A stretch of DNA of 64,000 nucleotides from an uncultured bacterium (GTDB taxonomy: Bacteria > Desulfobacterota > BSN033 > UBA1163). The DNA lies in NCBI GenBank assembly GCA_938002255.1, contig CALLAL010000016.1:75038-139037 (forward strand), written 5' to 3'. Position 1 is the stretch's first letter; each line of letters opens with the position of its first letter. The notes under the pieces were generated by a model. It searched no databases and was not told where the DNA came from. It saw only the letters and a list, made by a program, of their open reading frames with translations. A program made the position numbers and the translations under genes. Positions 18,421-27,649 of the stretch are shown here, in pieces.

Positions 18421-20286
18421 GTGGAATCTATGAATCATTTTCTTTTCATTGCGAAAAAGGGAGTGTGGATTATTGCCGTTCTCATGTCAGCCTACCACCT
18501 TTATGCTGGAGCCTTTGGTGTCCCTGAGGCAATGATGCACCGTTCCATTCATCTCATCTTCACCCTCGTCTTGATCTTTTTGGTGGGGATGACAAGCGGA
18601 GAGAAACAGTCCAAAGGAAAGATTGGCCTCCATCTTCTTCTCCTTCTCCTCACCCTCTTATCTCTTGGCTATGTCTTTCTCAATTATGACTATATTGTCA
18701 CTCGCTATCCGTATGTTCATCCTGTAAGCACCTGGGACTTTACCATGGGAATGATCCTTACCCTGATTCTTTTAGAGGCTTCGAGAAGAATGCTCGGGTG
18801 GGCCTTGCCTCTGACTGCCATCGGGTTTCTCCTCTATGCCATTTTTGGAAATTACCTTCCAGGGCTCCTGAGGCATACCGGATTCAGCCTGGATACGATC
18901 ATCGATCAGCTCTACTTAACCACTGAGGGAATTTTCGGAATTCCCATGGGTGTCTCAGCCACCTATGTCATCCTCTTTGTCATCTTTGGCGCCTTTTTAG
19001 AACAGTCCGGCACAGGCCAGTTCTTCATGGATTTTGCAACCTCTCTGGTGGGAGGAGCGAAGGGTGGTCCAGGGAAAATCTCCTGTGTCTCTTCGAGCCT
19101 CTTCGGAACGATTTCAGGAAGTGCAGTGGCCAATGTGATGGTAGACGGCTGGTTGACCATCCCTCTGATGAAGAGAACCGGATTTAAACATGATTTTGCT
19201 GCAGCAGTAGAAGCGACGGCTTCCACCGGAGGACAGATTATGCCTCCGGTCATGGGTGCAGCTGCATTTGTGATTGCGGAGTACACCGGAATTTCATACA
19301 TCAATATCTGTAAACATGCCTTAATCCCAGCTTTTCTCTATTATGTGGCTCTCTTCATGGCCATCCATTTTGAGGCTTTGAGGACAGGATTGCTTGGAGT
19401 TCCGAAAAATGAAAGACCCCGGTTGAAATCGGTCGTTGTGACGAGAGGACACCTCTTTATTCCACTGGTCGTGATCATCTACTTCATGTTAGCAGGATAT
19501 ACGCCAATGTATGCCTGTATCTTTGCCACCATTTCAGTGGTCCTTGTTGCCCTGGTCCGGTCGGAAACCCGTATGGGATTGATTAAAATTCTTGAGGCTC
19601 TTGAGTTCGGAGCAAAAAACATGCTGCCGGTAGCTGCAGCCTGTGCCTGCGCAGGCATTGTGGTCGGGGTAATCAATCTGACCGGACTGGGACTGAAGTT
19701 TACCAGCCTCATCCTTTTCATTGCGGGCGATTCCCTTGCCCCTGCTCTTGTCTTTACGATGATTGCCGGGATTATTCTCGGAATGGGGCTTCCCACGACA
19801 GCAGCCTATATCGTCCAGGCTGCACTGTTGATTCCCGCCCTGATCAAATTAGGGGTACCGGTCATTGCAGCCCATCTCTTCGTCTTCTATTTTGCCATCA
19901 TCTCAGCGATTACCCCCCCGGTCGCCATGGCGGTCTATGCGGCCGCGGGCATTAGCGGCTCAAATCTCTGGAAGACAGGCATGGCTGCGATGAAGATTGG
20001 AGCGACCGGTTTTGTCGTCCCCTTTATGTTCGTTTACGGCCCTTCACTTCTGCTCATCGGTTCTCCTGCAAGCATTATCACGACCATTCTCTCCGCATCG
20101 GTTGGAGTCATTCTTCTTTCAGCCGGACTGATGGGATGGTTATTCAAAGAGGCAACCTTGCTGGAGAGGGGGATGCTCATTGCCGGAGCCATCTGCCTTA
20201 TCAAACCAGACCTTTACACAGATGCAGTGGGAGTCATGTTACTGGTCATTGTGATCATCCTCCAGAAGTATTGGCATCGTTCATGA
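18421..20286 (+). CDS. TRAP transporter fused permease subunit (TAXI-associated)
   Basis: 621-aa polytopic membrane protein with DctM-like 12-TM core plus N-terminal small-subunit-like helices. Immediately downstream of the TAXI receptor. Confidence 0.75.
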   Translation: MESMNHFLFIAKKGVWIIAVLMSAYHLYAGAFGVPEAMMHRSIHLIFTLVLIFLVGMTSGEKQSKGKIGLHLLLLLLTLLSLGYVFLNYDYIVTRYPYVHPVSTWDFTMGMILTLILLEASRRMLGWALPLTAIGFLLYAIFGNYLPGLLRHTGFSLDTIIDQLYLTTEGIFGIPMGVSATYVILFVIFGAFLEQSGTGQFFMDFATSLVGGAKGGPGKISCVSSSLFGTISGSAVANVMVDGWLTIPLMKRTGFKHDFAAAVEATASTGGQIMPPVMGAAAFVIAEYTGISYINICKHALIPAFLYYVALFMAIHFEALRTGLLGVPKNERPRLKSVVVTRGHLFIPLVVIIYFMLAGYTPMYACIFATISVVLVALVRSETRMGLIKILEALEFGAKNMLPVAAACACAGIVVGVINLTGLGLKFTSLILFIAGDSLAPALVFTMIAGIILGMGLPTTAAYIVQAALLIPALIKLGVPVIAAHLFVFYFAIISAITPPVAMAVYAAAGISGSNLWKTGMAAMKIGATGFVVPFMFVYGPSLLLIGSPASIITTILSASVGVILLSAGLMGWLFKEATLLERGMLIAGAICLIKPDLYTDAVGVMLLVIVIILQKYWHRS

Positions 20287-21551
20287 ACGGAAAGGAGACT
20301 CTTTTGAAAAAGGCAGTGATTGTGAGTGCGGTTCGGACACCGATCGGAAGGTATATGGGAATGTTGAGGGACATTCCTGCCTACGACCTTGGCGCTCTCG
20401 TTTTAAATGAAGTGGTTAAGAGAGCAGGATTGAATCCTGATCAGATTGATGAGGTCATTTTGGGGCAGGCTTACCAAAACGGAGAATATGTAAATATTGC
20501 CCGGATGTCGCTCCTTAAAGCCGGATGGCCAGAGTCGATTCCAGGCATCACTCTGGATCGGCGCTGTTGCACCGGTCTGGATGTGATCTGCCATGCCGCT
20601 ATGGCAATCCAGTCAGGCCATGCGGAGATTGTGGTGGCAGGCGGCGTGGAGAGTATGAGCAGTGCGGAGTTCTACCTCCCAGGGGAGATCAAATGGGGAA
20701 TCGGAGGCAGAAAGGGGATGCCGAAAGGTCACGGTGATCTCTCTTTATGGGGAATTCCATTTTATGACCGGATACAACGTGCGAGGGTAATGTCCCAGCC
20801 CTCAGAGAGATACGGAATTTTGCCGACGATGATGTCGTGGGCAGAGACCGCAGCCCGCGAGGAGGACATCACAAGAGAGGATTGCGACCGGTGGGCCTTA
20901 AGAAGTCATCAGAGAGCCTGCGAAGCGATGGCTCTGGGGAAATTCAAAGAAGAGATCGTTCCTGTTCCGATGACTCAATCCAAAGGGGGGATAACACTCT
21001 TAGATCAAGATGAGACTCCAAGACAGGACACCACTTTTGAACAATTATCAAAGCTTTCCCCTATTTTGGGAGGCGTCTGTACGGCTGGAAATTCCTCATC
21101 AGAGAATGATGGTGCAGCCGCCTGTGTGATCATGGCCGAAGAAAAGGCTAAGGCATCGGGGATAGAGCCTCTGGCTTCAATCGTTGGGTTCGCAGTGGCA
21201 GGCGTAGATCCAAGATACACCTACAAGGCAGTGGACCTTGCAGTTAAAAAAGTTTTAGAGAAGACAGGGATGAAGATTGACCAGATGGATTTGATTGAGA
21301 TTCAGGAGGCCTTTGCTGCCCAGGTGTTAGCAGACATGAAGCTGTTGGGAATGAGTGATAAGGACGATTCCAGAATCAACGTCAATGGCTCTGGCATTTC
21401 ACTGGGGCATCCCATTGCCTGCACCGGGACAAGGGTGTTGGTCACTTTGCTTCATGAAATGAAACGCCGGGGTGGCCGTTTGGGGCTGGAATCGATCTGC
21501 GGAGGTGGAGGCCTGGGTATCGCTGCGATCTTTGAGAAACAACCAAGGTAG
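20283..21551 (+). CDS. Thiolase family acetyl-CoA C-acyltransferase
   Basis: Start set at ATG 20283 overlapping the permease stop (ATGA). The ORF-track start 20136 lies inside the permease. Thiolase N-terminus AVIVSAVRTPIGR, C-terminal GHPIACTGTRV and CGGGGLGIA. Confidence 0.75.
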   Translation: MNGKETLLKKAVIVSAVRTPIGRYMGMLRDIPAYDLGALVLNEVVKRAGLNPDQIDEVILGQAYQNGEYVNIARMSLLKAGWPESIPGITLDRRCCTGLDVICHAAMAIQSGHAEIVVAGGVESMSSAEFYLPGEIKWGIGGRKGMPKGHGDLSLWGIPFYDRIQRARVMSQPSERYGILPTMMSWAETAAREEDITREDCDRWALRSHQRACEAMALGKFKEEIVPVPMTQSKGGITLLDQDETPRQDTTFEQLSKLSPILGGVCTAGNSSSENDGAAACVIMAEEKAKASGIEPLASIVGFAVAGVDPRYTYKAVDLAVKKVLEKTGMKIDQMDLIEIQEAFAAQVLADMKLLGMSDKDDSRINVNGSGISLGHPIACTGTRVLVTLLHEMKRRGGRLGLESICGGGGLGIAAIFEKQPR

Positions 21552-21583
21552 CATTCCATTTCATACCTTGAAGGAGGCGCTTT

Positions 21584-22144
21584 ATGTCTTCCGATTCCAA
21601 GGACTTCAGACACATCACTCCCTTTGAGGGGAAATCTCCCCGGTTTGATGAGACCGTTTTCATTGACCCATCGGCCAGGCTGATCGGGGATATCCTCCTT
21701 GGGCCTCATGTAAGCATTTTCCCTTTTGCACTTCTGAGAGCAGATAGTAATTGCATTGTTGTGGGGGAGCATTCCGTTATCCTTGATCAGGTGCTAATCG
21801 AATCGCCGGAGAATTATCCTGTGGTCATTGAAGAGAGGGTTCTCATCAGCCATGGAGCCATGCTTCATGGCTCTGTGGTCAGGCAGGGGGCTATTGTTGG
21901 AATCGGAGCCATTGTCCTTGACGGAGCAGAGGTGGGAAGGAACTCTATAGTGGGAAGCGGATGTGTTGTGCCACCAGGAATGAGGATTGAGGAGAACTCA
22001 CTGGTCTTTGGCATTCCGGCAAAAGTGATTAGAAAGTTGACCGATGATGAACGAAAAAGATCAGCAGATCAGTTAACCGAGGCCTACGAGAAGTCGAGAA
22101 AATATATGAAAATATTTAACATTTCAGGGGAGTCAAATGGTTGA
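21584..22144 (+). CDS. Gamma-carbonic-anhydrase-like / PaaY-CaiE family hexapeptide-repeat protein
   Basis: Left-handed beta-helix hexapeptide repeats (IGDILLGPHVSI...GAIVGIGAIVLDGAEVGRNSIVGSGCVV). Confidence 0.65.
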   Translation: MSSDSKDFRHITPFEGKSPRFDETVFIDPSARLIGDILLGPHVSIFPFALLRADSNCIVVGEHSVILDQVLIESPENYPVVIEERVLISHGAMLHGSVVRQGAIVGIGAIVLDGAEVGRNSIVGSGCVVPPGMRIEENSLVFGIPAKVIRKLTDDERKRSADQLTEAYEKSRKYMKIFNISGESNG

Positions 22145-23084
22145 TAACTGGGTCAAAAGAGTATTGATCGTCGGTGCGGGGACGATGGGCCATTCAATCG
22201 CCATGGTCTTTGCACAGGGCGGGTACGAGGTCGATCTGATAGACCTTAACCAGGATATTCTTGAAAAAAGCCTCGCATTGATTCAGGCCAATCTCCAGAC
22301 TCTGAAAGAGGCGGGGATGATTGGTGGGAAATCGATTCCAAACATTTTAAATCGAATCCATCCCTCCACTTCTCTCGAGGTAGCGAAGAAGGCAGATCTG
22401 GTTATTGAAGCGATATCCGAACATCCTAAAGCCAAGAGAGAGGTTTTCCAAACTCTGGATGGGCTTTGCCCTGATCGGACGATCTTAACCAGCAATACCT
22501 CCTATCTCAATCTCTTTCAGCTAACAAAGGGAATCCGTCCAGAAAAAATGTTGATCTGCCACTGGTATGCTCCACCTCATCTCATTCCTCTGGTCGATCT
22601 GGTTCAAGGACCCAGGAGTTCTGAGGCCACTGTAAAGACATTGAGGCAGATTCTCTTAGAATTGGGAAAAACACCGGTCCTGATGAAGAAGTTCATTCCA
22701 GGGTATATTGTCAACCGTCTCCAGAGAGCCATGGCAAGGGAGATCTTTTTTCTTCTCGATAGAGGATATGCCACCGCAGAAGAGATAGACCGGGCAGTAA
22801 AAAACAGTCTCGGGATCCGAATCCCTGTTGTTGGAGTGGTTCAGCGCTATGATTATACAGGATTGGATTTAGCCCTTACCTTTGAGAGAAATCCTGCTAT
22901 TCATTTGGTCTCCAAGGATAGGACACCAAAAACTTTGAGTCGATTGGTCAAGAAGGGATATCTGGGGGTTAAGTCAGGAAAAGGATTTTACGATTACTCC
23001 TCCAAGAGGCTTGAAGAAGTGCTGAAGGAAAGAGACAGAAAATTGATTGAGATGATGAAGTGTTTGAGAAAGATAGAAAGGTAA
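22137..23084 (+). CDS. hbd: 3-hydroxyacyl-CoA (3-hydroxybutyryl-CoA) dehydrogenase
   Basis: N-terminal Rossmann motif VLIVGAGTMGHSIAMVFAQGGYEVDLIDL. 3HCDH N and C domains. Confidence 0.8.
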   Translation: MVDNWVKRVLIVGAGTMGHSIAMVFAQGGYEVDLIDLNQDILEKSLALIQANLQTLKEAGMIGGKSIPNILNRIHPSTSLEVAKKADLVIEAISEHPKAKREVFQTLDGLCPDRTILTSNTSYLNLFQLTKGIRPEKMLICHWYAPPHLIPLVDLVQGPRSSEATVKTLRQILLELGKTPVLMKKFIPGYIVNRLQRAMAREIFFLLDRGYATAEEIDRAVKNSLGIRIPVVGVVQRYDYTGLDLALTFERNPAIHLVSKDRTPKTLSRLVKKGYLGVKSGKGFYDYSSKRLEEVLKERDRKLIEMMKCLRKIER

Positions 23085-23225
23085 ATGGGGCTCTATAGAT
23101 GGATCCCTGGAGAGAAAAAAGTTTCATAAAAGCTACTTCAGGAAAAGGCTGGAGATGAAACTGCTCCCAAAAAGATCGTAGGCCACTCCTGGAAGGATCG
23201 GATCCCTCTCGTTGCTGTTCATCAG

Positions 23226-23254
23226 TTGACTTCTCCAAAGAATCCTTGTATAAA
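23226..23254 (+). promoter_or_regulatory. Sigma70-like promoter (TTGACT-17 bp-TATAAA) upstream of LysM-P60 gene
   Basis: TTGACT at 23226-23231, 17-bp spacer, TATAAA at 23249-23254. About 90 bp upstream of ATG 23348. Confidence 0.4.
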
Positions 23255-23347
23255 TGAAACCATTGACTCATCCGATCTGATCCTTTTCAACTCTTCCTAT
23301 TTCACAACAGGGAAGAAAAAAAACACATAGAGGAAAGGGGGAGATTC

Positions 23348-24262
23348 ATGATGGGACGGTTAAGCTTGATGGGGGTGATGCTGGTCGTCCTTTTTGTCTT
23401 TGTCTGCCCGAATGGACTCATCGCCCAAGAACATTATACGGTGAAACCTGGTGATTCCCTTTATTCGATTGCGAAATCCTATGGCATCTCCATTGGAGCG
23501 TTGAAGGCAGCCAATCGTCTTGAGGGAAATCACCTCAAACCCAAACAGGTCCTCCTCATCCCGAATTCCCAGCAAAAACCGAAGGACACACTGGCTAAAA
23601 GGGTTGAACTTGAAACCAAGACCTACAGGGTCAAACAGGGGGAGAGTCTTTATTCGATTTCAAAAAAGACTGGGATGTCTATGGACGAAATCAAAAGGAT
23701 CAACCAACTCCAAACGGATCGACTAAAAGTGGGACAGACACTCCTTCTTAAAATGAAATCGGATGAGAGTCCCCATGAGGTGCTCGAAGAGATAGGCGAT
23801 GCAGAAGAGATCAGCGAATTCTTACAAGGGGAAAATCAACCGATTCCTGAACCCTTAAGAAAATGGAAGGACCCGGAAGAAAGGGATCTTTTTGTGAGAG
23901 TGGTCAAAACCTTTTTAGGGGTTCCCTATAAACTGGGAGGAGCTACTCTGAAGGGGATGGATTGTTCCGCTTTTGTGAAAAAGATATTTGGAATTTTTAA
24001 TGTCGAGCTTCCCCGAACCGTGCGAGAACAGCTTGGGTTTGGCAAGAAAGTGGAACGTGAGGAATTGGAAGAAGGCGATCTGGTCTTTTTTAAGACTCAT
24101 CGAGCCAATGGACTCCATGTAGGCATCTATATCGGGGAAAGTCAATTTATACATGCCTCTTATCGAAGCAAGGAGGTGAGGGTGGATACCCTTGAAACCC
24201 CTTATTTTAATCAACGGTTCATCAAGGGGGTACGCCTCATCGAGCTGGAAAAGGAGAGTTAA
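23348..24262 (+). CDS. Secreted peptidoglycan hydrolase with two LysM domains and an NlpC/P60 domain
   Basis: Signal peptide. LysM repeats YTVKPGDSLYSIAKSYGISIGALKAANRL and YRVKQGESLYSISKKTGMSMDEIKRINQL. C-terminal P60 catalytic region GMDCSAFVKKIF...GLHVGIYIG...HAS. Confidence 0.75.
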   Translation: MMGRLSLMGVMLVVLFVFVCPNGLIAQEHYTVKPGDSLYSIAKSYGISIGALKAANRLEGNHLKPKQVLLIPNSQQKPKDTLAKRVELETKTYRVKQGESLYSISKKTGMSMDEIKRINQLQTDRLKVGQTLLLKMKSDESPHEVLEEIGDAEEISEFLQGENQPIPEPLRKWKDPEERDLFVRVVKTFLGVPYKLGGATLKGMDCSAFVKKIFGIFNVELPRTVREQLGFGKKVEREELEEGDLVFFKTHRANGLHVGIYIGESQFIHASYRSKEVRVDTLETPYFNQRFIKGVRLIELEKES

Positions 24263-24266
24263 TCGA

Positions 24267-24875
24267 ATGGGTCTTGTCATCAATCCAAAAAATCCTCAGT
24301 TGAGGTTGATTCGAAAAGTCATTGAGGTACTCGAAAACGGGGGGATCATCGCTTACCCCACAGATACTGTGTATGGGCTTGGATGTGATCTCTTTCATCC
24401 GGATGCCATTCGAAAAATTTACCGTTTAAAGAAGATGGAAGGGAAAAAACCTCTCAGTTTTATCTGCGCTGATTTGAAAGATATCAGCCGGTATGCTTTT
24501 GTTTCCAATTATGCCTATAAGATGATGAAAAAACTCTTGCCTGGACCCTATACCTTTATCCTGAAGGCGACCAAACTCGTTCCAAAGATTGCCATGACCA
24601 AACAGAATACCGTAGGGATCCGCATCCCTGATAATAAAATCTGTCTCGCTCTGGTTAAAGAATTAGGGCATCCGATTATCAGCACAAGTGTCTATAAACC
24701 TGACGAGACCCTCTATAGTGATCCCGCCGAGATTGAGGACCGCTTCGGCAAGCAGCTCGATCTGGTGATCGATGGGGGCGTCATTGTTGCTGAGCATTCA
24801 AGTGTCATTGACCTCACGGATGAATTTCCCAAAGTGATCCGTAAGGGAAAAGGAGACGTCAGTCTCTTTCAATAA
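24267..24875 (+). CDS. tsaC: L-threonylcarbamoyladenylate synthase (YrdC/TsaC family)
   Basis: Start at ATG 24267 with AAGGAGAG RBS. YrdC motif IAYPTDTVYGLGCD and KxR...SxN pattern. Confidence 0.7.
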   Translation: MGLVINPKNPQLRLIRKVIEVLENGGIIAYPTDTVYGLGCDLFHPDAIRKIYRLKKMEGKKPLSFICADLKDISRYAFVSNYAYKMMKKLLPGPYTFILKATKLVPKIAMTKQNTVGIRIPDNKICLALVKELGHPIISTSVYKPDETLYSDPAEIEDRFGKQLDLVIDGGVIVAEHSSVIDLTDEFPKVIRKGKGDVSLFQ

Positions 24876-24902
24876 GAAGTCCCCTTTCCTCAGGGAGAAG
24901 CG

Positions 24903-25472
24903 TTGGCACGAAAAAGTCTATCCCCAAGCCCCTTACTCTATCCCACGCCGGTTGTCCTTGTTACCTGCGTGGATGGAAAGGGCCAACCTAACATGATTAC
25001 CCTTGCCTGGGTAGGGGTTGTCAATTCAGATCCCCCCCTCATTGGGATCTCGATTAGACCAGAGCGATATTCTCATCACTGTATCGAGGAGACCAAAGAG
25101 TTTGTGGTGAACCTCCCTTCCGTAGAGATGGTCAGGGGGGTTGACGCATGTGGAGTGGTTTCAGGGAAAGAAATCAACAAATTTGATTTGACGGGGTGGG
25201 CAACAGCTCCTGCGGAGAAAGTCACCCCGCCTTTAATTGAAGCCTGCCCAGTCCATCTGGAATGCGTCGTCAAACAAACTCTCTTTTTAGGAAGTCATGA
25301 TCTCTTCCTTGGAGAGGTTATTGCCCTCCATGTGAAGGAAGAAGTGCTGACGGAGAAGGGACGCATCGATATGTTGAAAGCCCTTCCCATTGCATTCTCA
25401 CCAGGTTCCAGAGAGTACTGGAGTCTCGGAAGCGTCCTCGGCCATTATGGGTTCACCAAGGGAAAACCCTAA
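24903..25472 (+). CDS. Flavin reductase-like FMN-binding domain protein
   Basis: LLYPTPVVLVTCVDGKGQPNMITLAWVGVVNSDPPLIGISIR is characteristic of the Flavin_Reduct domain. Confidence 0.65.
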   Translation: MARKSLSPSPLLYPTPVVLVTCVDGKGQPNMITLAWVGVVNSDPPLIGISIRPERYSHHCIEETKEFVVNLPSVEMVRGVDACGVVSGKEINKFDLTGWATAPAEKVTPPLIEACPVHLECVVKQTLFLGSHDLFLGEVIALHVKEEVLTEKGRIDMLKALPIAFSPGSREYWSLGSVLGHYGFTKGKP

Positions 25473-25493
25473 TTTCAACACAAGAAAGCGGTC

Positions 25494-26336
25494 ATGATCA
25501 TCGATTGCCACACCCATATCTTCCCGGACGAAGTCAGGAAGAAGAGGGAAGTTTTTTGCCAGAAGGACAAAGGGTTTTGCTCCCTCTATCAAGATCCCAG
25601 AGCAAAAATGGTCGGGGCTGAGGATCTGATTCTCTCCATGGATGAAACGAACATTTCAAAATCGGTTGTTTGTGGTTTTCCCTGGGAGGATCCGGAACTC
25701 TGCTCTCTCCATAATCAATATCTTTTGGGATCGGCTACTCGTTATCCTAACCGGATCATCGTCTTTATTCTTCTACCCTTAACAGATCTGAAACGCTCTG
25801 AGAGGGAACTCGATTGGGGAATGGAGCATGGAGCAAAAGGAGTGGGAGAGATTGCTTTCTATGACCGAGCCATGACCGATCAGGATCTCGAAACGATGGC
25901 GCCGATTTTTAGGAAGATGGAGCAACAGAACATTCCTATCCTTCTCCATACGAATGAACCACTGGGTCATTTCTATCCCGGCAAAGGCAAGACCTCCCTG
26001 GAGATCTTTTATCAGTTCGCCCTCCTCTTTCCGTCTCTTAAGATCCTGCTGGCACACTGGGGGGGAGGGCTCCCCTTTTATGAGCTGATGCCTGAAGTGT
26101 CGACAGCCTTCAAGAATGTTTATTATGATACTGCAGCCTCTCCTTTTCTTTATTCAAAGAAGATCTATGGTATTGCCAAAGAGATAGTCGGCGTTGAGAA
26201 GATTATTTTTGGTTCTGATTTTCCTTTGATAGGTCCCCGAAGATATTTTCGGGAATTGGAAGAATCAGGTCTTTCCCTTGAAGACCGTGAAAAGATTTTA
26301 GGACTAAACTTTTTGAAGGTTCTTGAATCAAGTTAG
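25494..26336 (+). CDS. Amidohydrolase-2 family metal-dependent hydrolase (TIM barrel)
   Basis: N-terminal MIIDCHTHIFP metal-binding motif. About 280 aa TIM-barrel hydrolase. Confidence 0.65.
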   Translation: MIIDCHTHIFPDEVRKKREVFCQKDKGFCSLYQDPRAKMVGAEDLILSMDETNISKSVVCGFPWEDPELCSLHNQYLLGSATRYPNRIIVFILLPLTDLKRSERELDWGMEHGAKGVGEIAFYDRAMTDQDLETMAPIFRKMEQQNIPILLHTNEPLGHFYPGKGKTSLEIFYQFALLFPSLKILLAHWGGGLPFYELMPEVSTAFKNVYYDTAASPFLYSKKIYGIAKEIVGVEKIIFGSDFPLIGPRRYFRELEESGLSLEDREKILGLNFLKVLESS

Positions 26337-26340
26337 AGTC

Positions 26341-26742
26341 CTACGATCCCTGCCGGACAAAGGTGGCCATTCCAGTTGCCAAGACCGTTCCGTCCTCTTT
26401 TGAAATGGAAGACTTTGCTTTCACCAATTTCTTATGCACTTCTATAATCTCTCCAAAGATCCTGAGGGGTTGAAGGATGGGGGCTGGCTTTTTGAATCGA
26501 ACCTCGAGAGAGGCTGCAATCCCATTTAATCCCAGTTCATAGACCAGATTGGCCATAGCCTCATCGAGAAGCGTGGCAAGGATTCCCCCATGCACAATCC
26601 CGTCCCAGCCCTGATAGATTGACTCTACAGTAAAAAGGGTTTGAATGGTCTGTTTTTGTCGGTCAACCTGGAATCTGATCTTCAGTCCTTGTGGGTTGTT
26701 TTCCCCGCAAACAAAACAATGTCCATTGGAAACGAATTTCAT
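26341..26742 (-). CDS. PaaI-family hotdog-fold thioesterase
   Basis: HGGILATLLDEAMANL core motif of PaaI/4HBT thioesterases. Confidence 0.7.
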   Translation of the reverse strand: MKFVSNGHCFVCGENNPQGLKIRFQVDRQKQTIQTLFTVESIYQGWDGIVHGGILATLLDEAMANLVYELGLNGIAASLEVRFKKPAPILQPLRIFGEIIEVHKKLVKAKSSISKEDGTVLATGMATFVRQGS

Positions 26743-26772
26743 CTGGTTCTCCTATGATCTTGAAAGGTATCA

Positions 26773-26801
26773 TTGACTTGCTCTTTATGGTATCATATAG
26801 T
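26773..26801 (+). promoter_or_regulatory. Sigma70-like promoter (TTGACT-17 bp-TATAGT) upstream of IMPase gene
   Basis: TTGACT 26773-26778, 17-bp spacer, TATAGT 26796-26801. About 40 bp upstream of ATG 26843. Confidence 0.45.
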
Positions 26802-26842
26802 CTGAACCTAAAGGTTGTCAAATTGGACGAAGCAAGAGGTTT

Positions 26843-27640
26843 TTGATGAGCGAGAAAAACCGATATCTCCACATAGCGATCCGAGCGGCAAAAGAAGCAG
26901 GGAAAATTCAGATGGATCATTTTGGTCAGCACCAATCGGTAACTTACAAGGGGGCTTTTGATCCTGTGACCGAAGTCGATCGAGTCTGTGATCAAACGAT
27001 CCAACGACTTATTGGCCATGCCTTTCCAGAACATGAGATCCTCACTGAGGAGAGTCCCTTTGCCGAAAAAGGAAGTCCATGGCGGTGGATCGTGGACCCT
27101 CTGGATGGGACGACAAACTACTCCAGAGGCTTCCCCTTTTTTTCCGTGTCGATTGGACTGGAGAAAGAAGGGGAGATGATCTTAGGGGTTGTTTACATTC
27201 CTCTCCTGGATGAACTTTTCATCTCTCAAAAAGGAGAAGGAGCGTTTTTGAACGGAAAGAGAATTTCTGTTTCTCAAACCGATCAGTTGGGGAGAAGTTT
27301 TATGGCTACGGGCTTCCCTTACGATGTCCAGGCTCATCCGGATGAGTACCTTCGTTATTTTCGCCAATTCCTCCGACAAACCCTGGCGATTCGGAGACCT
27401 GGCTCCGCAGCCATTGACCTCTGTTATGTGGCGGCAGGTCGGTTTGATGGGTTCTGGGAGTTAAAGCTTGCGCCCTGGGATATGGCGGCTGGGGTCCTCC
27501 TCATTACCGAAGCAGGTGGAAGGGTAACCGATTCAGAAGGAGGACCTTTCGATATCTATTCCAGAGGGTTCCTCGTTGCCTCCAATGGACGAATCCATGA
27601 CCAGATGCTTCAGGCGATATGGGACATCAATAACGCTTAG
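26843..27640 (+). CDS. suhB: Inositol monophosphatase family protein
   Basis: IMPase motifs EILTEES...WIVDPLDGTTNYSRGFPFFSVSIGL and AAGRFDGFWE. Confidence 0.8.
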   Translation: MMSEKNRYLHIAIRAAKEAGKIQMDHFGQHQSVTYKGAFDPVTEVDRVCDQTIQRLIGHAFPEHEILTEESPFAEKGSPWRWIVDPLDGTTNYSRGFPFFSVSIGLEKEGEMILGVVYIPLLDELFISQKGEGAFLNGKRISVSQTDQLGRSFMATGFPYDVQAHPDEYLRYFRQFLRQTLAIRRPGSAAIDLCYVAAGRFDGFWELKLAPWDMAAGVLLITEAGGRVTDSEGGPFDIYSRGFLVASNGRIHDQMLQAIWDINNA

Positions 27641-27649
27641 CAGAGTCCT

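Noticed and set aside
20136-20282. N-terminal 49-aa extension of the thiolase ORF (start at 20136)
   Set aside because: It lies entirely within the 3' end of the TRAP permease gene in another frame. The conserved thiolase N-terminus begins at ATG 20283, which overlaps the permease stop.
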